DNA of 64,000 bases from a virus: IMG/VR virus record IMGVR_UViG_3300045136_000267; one strand, written 5' to 3'. Numbering within the stretch: position 1 is the first letter of the stretch; each line of letters begins with the position of its first letter. The notes under the pieces are model-generated. The model searched no databases. It was not told the origin of the DNA and worked only from the letters and a program-made list of their open reading frames with translations. Position numbers and translations under genes: made by a program. Shown one piece after another: positions 57,191-64,000 of this stretch.

Positions 57191-57224
57191 GGGGAGTGAT
57201 TTAAGGATCACTCCCCTCTTTTTA
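57191..57224 (+). terminator. intrinsic terminator of the capsid operon
   Basis: ggggagtgat/atcactcccc stem followed by tcttttt. Confidence 0.8.
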
Positions 57225-57238
57225 TTTAGGGATTCGTT

Positions 57239-57823
57239 ATGGTTGGAAAGAGACAAAGAAAGAAAAATGTTTCTAATAGATCTAAGAAAACAGTAGCTAA
57301 AGAAGAGATAAAAGAACAATTAACGCAAGTAGATTTAAATAAAGAACAATTATCTGAAATTACTCCTGAGATTAAAATTGAACTTACTCAGGAACAGCCT
57401 ACTGTCAAAATAGAAGAAGCTCAACCTAGTGTAGAAAATGTAACTCCAGAATCTATTACAGAAGAGGCTAAAGATAATGTAGAAAAGGTAACTTCAGAGG
57501 AAGCTGCTATCCTTGATTCTATTTATGAAGAGATACATGCTCTGTTAGAGGAAGACAATAAAACAAAAGAAGAAGTCAAGCCAGAAGAAAAAATAGATTT
57601 TGTAGAAGTTAAAGATACTGTAAAAGAGAATGAAGAATATAAAGAAGCTGTCAATGCATTCATAAATACTATCAAAGACAAGAAAGAGCCAGTAACAGAA
57701 TGGCTTAGAGATAAAACATTAAACTTTATAGACTCTTTTGCATTAGAAGTAACTTTGATGTTTATAATACTTTTAGTGATCCTTGTCACCAGCATAGTTG
57801 GTTTATTCAACTTGATACATTGA
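57239..57823 (+). CDS. acidic protein with C-terminal TM anchor
   Basis: Glu-rich body; VTLMFIILLVILVTSIVGLF. Confidence 0.7.
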   Translation: MVGKRQRKKNVSNRSKKTVAKEEIKEQLTQVDLNKEQLSEITPEIKIELTQEQPTVKIEEAQPSVENVTPESITEEAKDNVEKVTSEEAAILDSIYEEIHALLEEDNKTKEEVKPEEKIDFVEVKDTVKENEEYKEAVNAFINTIKDKKEPVTEWLRDKTLNFIDSFALEVTLMFIILLVILVTSIVGLFNLIH

Positions 57824-57833
57824 GAATGTCACT

Positions 57834-58157
57834 ATGCCAAGACCATCTGTTATCAGAATTAATTGTACTGAAATTATTCAAGTAGATATCTTCGATAAAA
57901 TATCTGGACTACCAATTACAAATGGAATGGTCACGTGTAAATTATTAGACAAAAATAGAAATTTGATTGATGGTAGTTTAGTAGAATTAACGCATATAAA
58001 TGATCAGCCAGGTACGTGGAGGGGAATATTTTCAGAAACTGTTACTGGATCTCTTACTAAAGGAGATAGGTATATACTCGTATTTGATATAATATCTCCA
58101 TTAGGTAGAAGTTATGCAGAAAGTAAAATAGAAGCCATAGTAAGCGATTTAGAATAG
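57834..58157 (+). CDS. Ig-like/BppU-like small structural protein
   Basis: beta pattern; PGTWRGIF...LTKGDRY. Confidence 0.45.
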   Translation: MPRPSVIRINCTEIIQVDIFDKISGLPITNGMVTCKLLDKNRNLIDGSLVELTHINDQPGTWRGIFSETVTGSLTKGDRYILVFDIISPLGRSYAESKIEAIVSDLE

Positions 58158-58158
58158 C

Positions 58159-59016
58159 ATGCCTAATGTAATTAAACCGCATACCTACTACAACGAAGAA
58201 GTATTAACTAAAACACATGGCTTTCATTCTAGACAGAATTTAATAACTTCTTTCGTTCACAATCTAAAAGGCTTCAATGGAGAACTTGTAAATATCAATG
58301 ATTTACAATCAGAACATGGGAAAACATTCATTCCTAAAATTGCATATAGAGAAGCTTCTTTTGCCGATCCGACGGTAATCATAGATCAAGATAATTGCTC
58401 TATTACAGACAAACCATCTGGCGAAATTGCCTTCAAATTACCAGATGAAATAAGAAAAGTACCAGGAATATATACTGTAGAGATAGCTCTTTTTGATGGT
58501 AGCTCGAATAAACTCGACGATATATATTTCTCTAATGTTTTATATTTATATAACGAGCCTAGCAATTGGACAGAAGTAAATTATACATTACCTAGTTTAG
58601 GTGATATAAGGCTATCTGTCAGAGATTCATCTCCTATTGAGAATGAACTATTAGGAAATGTAGACTTTGATATTGCTGAAATCTGTTTTGCTATGGCTAG
58701 AGTTATCCAGTATTGGAATACCATTCCTCCGCATATCAGCGTATTTACTACTAGAAATTTCCCATTTAGAAATTTATGGATTAATGGAACACAGTTGTTC
58801 TTATTTGAAATTGCTCAAGAGCATTACAGAAGAAATCAATTAGCATACTCTGCTGGTGGTCTATCTATAGACGATAAGAATAAAATGAATCTTTATAGAG
58901 CAGCATTCCAGGATAAATTACAACTATTCTTGGCTGAAATTAAACATCAGAAGTACGTAATGAACGTAAATGTATCTACTACAATTACAGGACCTTTTTC
59001 TACAGGCTTGTTATAG
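58159..59016 (+). CDS. head-tail adaptor (neck) candidate with N-terminal Ig-like domain
   Basis: IRLSVRD..P.ENELL, WNTIPP, RNQLAYSAGGLSIDDK; position after capsid. Confidence 0.55.
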   Translation: MPNVIKPHTYYNEEVLTKTHGFHSRQNLITSFVHNLKGFNGELVNINDLQSEHGKTFIPKIAYREASFADPTVIIDQDNCSITDKPSGEIAFKLPDEIRKVPGIYTVEIALFDGSSNKLDDIYFSNVLYLYNEPSNWTEVNYTLPSLGDIRLSVRDSSPIENELLGNVDFDIAEICFAMARVIQYWNTIPPHISVFTTRNFPFRNLWINGTQLFLFEIAQEHYRRNQLAYSAGGLSIDDKNKMNLYRAAFQDKLQLFLAEIKHQKYVMNVNVSTTITGPFSTGLL

Positions 59017-59018
59017 AG

Positions 59019-59828
59019 ATGTTTAATTTCTATAAAATAGACTCAAGTCCTGTATTTAAAAGAGTAGTAATAGATTTCAATATAGAAGGGCTCTCTACTA
59101 TCTATTGGGAATTAAAGCCATCATTCAAAGATGTTTTACCTTATCAATATTACATAGATTTCAATCCAGAATTCAATAATCCAGACGAATGGATAACTAT
59201 TGCTGGTCCATTAGTTAATGCAACGTCTTATTCATTCAGTAATATCAGAACTCCTGGAAGAATAAGAACCTTTGGATTTAAAATAAGATTAGAAACTCCA
59301 GCTAATTCTTATGAATCAGAAATTTACAGTAATCAAGGATTATTAACATATAAACAACAAGTACAATATAAAACTATCACAAGAAGAGTCAGTATGGTTT
59401 TAATACCAATAAAAGCTAAACTGTTGAAAAGAAAATGGTTTGGTCCAAGATGTGGTAAATGTATCAACTCTGAAACTGGAGAAGTTACTGATTCACATTG
59501 TACAACATGCTATGGAACTGGTTATGTAGGAGGATATTGGAAAGCAGCAGATATTAGACTACTAGATATTTCAACCGCTTCTTATACTGATAGATTAGAT
59601 CCAAGTTTAGTAGCAGGACAAACTGGTCATCAAATAGTGAAAGCCGCTACGGTAGGTATTCCATTTGCTGAAGCATACGATGTTATCGTGCGGGAAGATG
59701 TAGATAGAAGATATTATGTCAGACAGACATCTACTAGAGCCGAGATGGCTGGAATTCCTGTCATTACAGATCTGGACATGGGCGTAGCTGATTTTGATGA
59801 CATAATTTATAGTTTTCCAGTAGAATAA
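59019..59828 (+). CDS. head closure/neck candidate with Zn finger
   Basis: RCGKC...CTTCYGTGYVGGY; DVIVRE.VDRRYYV. Confidence 0.5.
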   Translation: MFNFYKIDSSPVFKRVVIDFNIEGLSTIYWELKPSFKDVLPYQYYIDFNPEFNNPDEWITIAGPLVNATSYSFSNIRTPGRIRTFGFKIRLETPANSYESEIYSNQGLLTYKQQVQYKTITRRVSMVLIPIKAKLLKRKWFGPRCGKCINSETGEVTDSHCTTCYGTGYVGGYWKAADIRLLDISTASYTDRLDPSLVAGQTGHQIVKAATVGIPFAEAYDVIVREDVDRRYYVRQTSTRAEMAGIPVITDLDMGVADFDDIIYSFPVE

Positions 59829-60490
59829 TGGGTGACATTTCTGCAAATCCGATTGATCTACTAGATATTAAGTATCTATATAGATACCCCATTAGACCTA
59901 ATCTCATGAATGCTACACTTCTCAATTTAACACGTCATTATTTTACCAAACCAGAATATTTGGTCACTCCTAGATTTAAAGGAAAGCCAAATAGAGGAAT
60001 AACTCCATCAGAGCAAGATAGCGTAAAAATTGTATCTGTTGCAGCTAGAGAGAAAGTAACTACAGATAAAATCCCTTTAATCGCTCTACGAAGACTGGAA
60101 TGGGTTCCAGTTCAACTAGGACTAGGTGATGGAATAATTAATTCTAGTACAAAAAACACCTTTACTACTTCTTTCCAAGGCGGACATGCATTTTTCTGTA
60201 GATCAACAGAAATGGGAGAAGTAGAATATTTAGTTGAAGAAGTAATGAATTTACTAATAAGATATCAGACTGTGATCAGAAGACTACTCAATTTAGCTCA
60301 ATTCAATGTTTCTCTTGTAGAAAAAGTATCAATGTCTGTTTACCATAAAGAATATTATACCTGCCCTGTCACAGTTAAATATACATGGGTAGAAAGCTGG
60401 TCTTACGATAAATCTATTGATGACATAGTTGGGGTAATAGACAGAACATTAATGGAGATAGGTTGGCCTCCGCCAGTTATAGATAAATAG
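59828..60490 (+). CDS. tail terminator/neck candidate
   Basis: position and alternating beta/alpha pattern. Confidence 0.45.
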   Translation: MGDISANPIDLLDIKYLYRYPIRPNLMNATLLNLTRHYFTKPEYLVTPRFKGKPNRGITPSEQDSVKIVSVAAREKVTTDKIPLIALRRLEWVPVQLGLGDGIINSSTKNTFTTSFQGGHAFFCRSTEMGEVEYLVEEVMNLLIRYQTVIRRLLNLAQFNVSLVEKVSMSVYHKEYYTCPVTVKYTWVESWSYDKSIDDIVGVIDRTLMEIGWPPPVIDK

Positions 60491-60501
60491 AGGATAATTA
60501 C

Positions 60502-60918
60502 ATGTCTACGTATTCAAGCTCATGTACTACAGTAAATGATATCACGATAACTGCATTTGGGAATTTAGGTGTTGCTAGAGCTTTTGTATTTAAATATGAA
60601 TTTAAACCAGCTATAGTTACGGGATTAAATCTCAAAAATAGTTTCCTAGTATATGCTAGGCCTATTGGTATTGGAGAAGTAGTACATGTATTGTTTTTGG
60701 AAGGTAGTCCTACTGGAGGCGGAAATAGCTTTACAAAATTAGATCCTTGTAGGGAAGGCTCTGTAGAAGTTCGAAGAGATGGAAGTTCAAGCGCACTGGC
60801 GTTTAGAGCAGGTAAAGCATACTTGGTCGGAGTAGAAGGAAGAATAACAGTAGAACAATATTTATTTATAGAGTCTTTGAGATTTTACTTTTTTGATTAT
60901 GATGTAGGACAAAAATGA
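60502..60918 (+). CDS. tail-tube-like protein candidate
   Basis: 138 aa beta-rich; position only. Confidence 0.35.
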   Translation: MSTYSSSCTTVNDITITAFGNLGVARAFVFKYEFKPAIVTGLNLKNSFLVYARPIGIGEVVHVLFLEGSPTGGGNSFTKLDPCREGSVEVRRDGSSSALAFRAGKAYLVGVEGRITVEQYLFIESLRFYFFDYDVGQK

Positions 60919-63482
60919 AAAGAGCTTTTCACGAAGAAAAACAAGGGCAGGCTAATGCCCTTCCAACTTCTTATCTAAATGCTTCTCTTAAGCAAGAAGT
61001 ACATAATAAATATACAAAAGCGTTTGACTCTCATCTTAAAGCTAACAGAATATACGAACCTCCGACATTAAGAAAAGGATTAGTAATCTTCTCTAATCCA
61101 ATGCTACGTGTCTACTATGTAGCAACTGAAAACGGAGGGCCTGTAAAAGAATGTCTCTACTTAATGAGAGGTTCTGGAAATATTTTGGGTGTATATGACG
61201 CCAGTACTATTTCTGTAAATACAAAAGTCTGGTATATAGACGATCCCTCTAGTAGATATGGAATAATCATAGGCGCTGAGCCTAAGTATAATATAAATCC
61301 CACTACGGCAATCAATGAAATAATAGGTCAAGAATCTGAAATAGGACCTTTGCATCAAAATGCATATAAACTATTAACCCCACAATTCAATAATAATAGA
61401 AGGACAGCGCTAGCCGACTATTCAGGTAGGACTCCAGAAGATAGTACTGAAGTAGGTGAACATACACTAATTTCCGAATCTGGTTCTGCTATTCATCTAG
61501 ATCCTTTCATGGCAATGATTAGAGCATCAGACATTAGCGGTGTCTGGTGCTTCTATATTGACTCTTTAACTAGAGTATCTGGTCAACATCTAGAGTTATG
61601 GTCTGGTGTTTCTGAATTCAGAGCACATTCTGACTTTCACTATAGCTTTATCTATGAAGGGGTAGCCCGAAATGTAGCTGAACAAGCTGGGCTTCCAACT
61701 AAAATGGATACTCGGGCTAGACTCCAGGAAGTTCTGAAAATAGACAGCGCTAGAAAAAGGAAGCCTCTTCATTATGATAAAAGATTCAGTGGTTCTCTAT
61801 TCAATGGCGACAGACGTTTAATGATTGCTGTTGGAGATCAGGAATGGAAATATGGTGATACTAAGAACGTCAAAGGATTATCAGATTTTTATAGATGTAA
61901 ATTTGGTCAAATAGGAATTAAATCTGCTACAGGAATTCATCTCGTAAAATCTCCACATATTCGTTTTGTTGAAGAAAAAGCAGTTGGAGGTTTTGATGAA
62001 AGTGTAGAGAATTACAATCCTAACAGCTTTAGATATGAAATTCTTCAAGCAGAAACTGCGGTACCTAAGCCATTTGTAATTCATGATATACATGCTTTTC
62101 TATTTGATTATTTACCTAATAACTATCCTAGCAGTAACAATAAAAGATTTTATGTAAACGATAATAACCGGAGCCAAAATACATCAGGACCCTCTCTTTC
62201 TGGTTTTAGTCAGAATTATGAGCTTTTACAAGAACCTTCTTCTGAAGAGGTCACGGTAGGTAGTGATGAAAAAATAAGAGTCTATAAAAATAATTCATAC
62301 ATTAGCATGACTGCAGACGGTTCTATAATATTAGGAGACGGGTATGGCGCTACTATAACTATGACAAGAGGAAAAATTCAAATAGATGCACCTTTAGGAA
62401 TTGAATTCATAAGCGGTAGAAACTTCATTGTCCATGCCGGCAGAGACGTAATTCTTAGAGCTAAGAATTGTGTAGACGTATCTACTACTGAGGGTTCCAT
62501 ACGTAATATTTCTGGTGCCAACTTCTATGTTAGAGCAGCACACAAGAAAAATAATAGTGGAATAGTATTAGAGGCAGACAGTGAAGCGGACCCAGGAGAT
62601 TCTACACCAGGAATAGGGGATGATGCTTTTTATCCAGGTATAAATTTGAAATCAAGTAACGCTTGTATTGCTATTCAATCTAAATCTGTCTTTTTAAATG
62701 GAACTAGAGGAATATTGGAATACGCCGACTCTGGTAATATCGTTAGGGCAGGTAACAATTTAATAGATGTATCAAAAGAATATGTTCACCAGATTTTTGG
62801 CGATCTGTCCGGGTCTGGTGATAGCTCTAACAGTGGATCTGGTAGTGGATCAGGCAGCGGATCGGGTAGTAGATCAGGTAGCGGATCAGGTAGCGGGTCT
62901 GAAGAATGTAATCCAGTATCTAGTACATCCGACATCCAATGTAATACCTTTTCTGCCTCTGGCAATTATTTAGGACATGATCTTTTTGTTAGAGGTAGGA
63001 TTATAGGAGGATCTTCTGGTCACTTTAAATGCAAAGTAAAATGTGATGATGCCAGTACAGCCAATAATGCTAATAGTGAAAAATCAAATCTAGAAATAAA
63101 TGCAAGGACGGCTAAAAACGCTGCTGAAGATCTTTTAGAAAATAATCAGACTTTACTAGAAGATATGTCTATCACTTTTAGAAATTCCGAGCAGTATAAG
63201 AGTTCTGGATACACGATAATAGCTCCTAGATGGAAGGACTGGGGAACTAGTGAATGGAAAGAAGACGGTCTTTGGTCAACGACTGATAGTACAGCGTCTA
63301 TTACCTATCCATTCCCAGGGGAAGCAGCTTTTGATGGGAATGTACAACCTATCATTTGGGTTAATCCGAAGTTTTCTGATAAGTATGGAAATGTAACAAC
63401 AACTATAAATAATATCGGCAATACTAATTATTCAGTGCAGATTCAACGAAGTAATATGCATAAATTCAAAATAGTAGGATAA
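60915..63482 (+). CDS. baseplate hub/spike protein (gp5/VgrG-like)
   Basis: N-terminal OB-like NTKVWY...GIIIG; beta-helix-like DGSIILGDGYGATITMTRGKIQIDAP...HAGRDVILRAK. Confidence 0.6.
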   Translation: MKRAFHEEKQGQANALPTSYLNASLKQEVHNKYTKAFDSHLKANRIYEPPTLRKGLVIFSNPMLRVYYVATENGGPVKECLYLMRGSGNILGVYDASTISVNTKVWYIDDPSSRYGIIIGAEPKYNINPTTAINEIIGQESEIGPLHQNAYKLLTPQFNNNRRTALADYSGRTPEDSTEVGEHTLISESGSAIHLDPFMAMIRASDISGVWCFYIDSLTRVSGQHLELWSGVSEFRAHSDFHYSFIYEGVARNVAEQAGLPTKMDTRARLQEVLKIDSARKRKPLHYDKRFSGSLFNGDRRLMIAVGDQEWKYGDTKNVKGLSDFYRCKFGQIGIKSATGIHLVKSPHIRFVEEKAVGGFDESVENYNPNSFRYEILQAETAVPKPFVIHDIHAFLFDYLPNNYPSSNNKRFYVNDNNRSQNTSGPSLSGFSQNYELLQEPSSEEVTVGSDEKIRVYKNNSYISMTADGSIILGDGYGATITMTRGKIQIDAPLGIEFISGRNFIVHAGRDVILRAKNCVDVSTTEGSIRNISGANFYVRAAHKKNNSGIVLEADSEADPGDSTPGIGDDAFYPGINLKSSNACIAIQSKSVFLNGTRGILEYADSGNIVRAGNNLIDVSKEYVHQIFGDLSGSGDSSNSGSGSGSGSGSGSRSGSGSGSGSEECNPVSSTSDIQCNTFSASGNYLGHDLFVRGRIIGGSSGHFKCKVKCDDASTANNANSEKSNLEINARTAKNAAEDLLENNQTLLEDMSITFRNSEQYKSSGYTIIAPRWKDWGTSEWKEDGLWSTTDSTASITYPFPGEAAFDGNVQPIIWVNPKFSDKYGNVTTTINNIGNTNYSVQIQRSNMHKFKIVG
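62805..62900 (+). repeat. Gly-Ser coding repeat
   Basis: SGSGDSSNSGSGSGSGSGSGSRSGSGSGSGS. Confidence 0.9.
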
Positions 63483-63485
63483 ATT

Positions 63486-63941
63486 ATGTCAACTATCTTC
63501 ACTCAAAAAGAAATAGAAAATTTCCTGATCGCAATATTTACTGATCCTTCTTCTTTCCAGAAGGAATATTCTTTAATAGATGATCTTAAAGTATCTTTCT
63601 GTTTGTTATCTAGTAATGAACATTTGTTAATAGAGAATTACATAGATGAATTAATTTCTAATTCCAAAATAACTAATAATGTCCAAGCTATTAAGGAAAA
63701 GAAGAAATTACAAATGTTATTATCCGTATATTCTTTATCTTCTACTAAACATAAGATTTTCTATAAGAAAACAAATAATTTGAATATAGATTTTTCCAGT
63801 ATATGTAATAATCTGAAAAGTCAAGTACTTTATTCTCTGTTTATTGCAAGGTGGAAAGAATTCAATAATTATATCAAAGCTATAGTAAAGGAGGCGACTG
63901 CCCCGGATTTTTTTCAAGGTACAAGGGAATCTACTTCTTAA
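63486..63941 (+). CDS. tail/baseplate assembly chaperone candidate
   Basis: 151 aa ending ...PDFF; follows the hub gene. Confidence 0.4.
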   Translation: MSTIFTQKEIENFLIAIFTDPSSFQKEYSLIDDLKVSFCLLSSNEHLLIENYIDELISNSKITNNVQAIKEKKKLQMLLSVYSLSSTKHKIFYKKTNNLNIDFSSICNNLKSQVLYSLFIARWKEFNNYIKAIVKEATAPDFFQGTRESTS

Positions 63942-64000
63942 TAGATTCCCTTTTAGATATTATAGATAACAAATCTTTAACATTAAAATATCTCCCAGGA

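Noticed and set aside
1-64000. Alternative genetic code
   Set aside because: Long intact ORFs tile the window under the standard code, and all three stop codons end genes

Overview
AT-rich segment of a large tailed dsDNA phage, probably myovirus-like; almost all real genes are on the + strand. 1-5.1 kb: small 'early-like' modules, often opened by a conserved GG(C/A)ATAA(A/G)TAATTG motif plus a hairpin and closed by a hairpin and/or TTTTTTAGC. This part includes an ABC-type ATPase, a ~330-nt structured non-coding stretch and an H-type pseudoknot. 5.1-7.4 kb: non-coding hub with a strand-skew switch, four structured ~75-90-nt repeats, 17-bp iteron-like repeats and a purine-rich repeat arm (origin or terminus candidate). 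An orphan IS200/IS605-type end lies at ~7.95 kb. 7.4-64 kb: mostly morphogenesis genes: intein-containing portal, SH-clan prohead protease, scaffold, major capsid, neck/tail/baseplate candidates. Embedded among them are a LigD-type 3'-phosphoesterase/ATP-ligase fusion and a two-gene multisubunit RNA polymerase (beta fused to the N-half of beta', separate beta' C-half). Main inferred system: a virion-packaged cargo set. Many head-region proteins carry a K-x-A motif (probable protease site). The RNAP (2083 aa, both zinc sites lost), the ligase and many K-x-A proteins contain no cysteine, as expected for proteins ejected through a periplasm. No terminase, DNA polymerase, alpha/sigma subunit, tRNA or CRISPR array was recognised. 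All calls are from reading motifs by eye; no searches were run.
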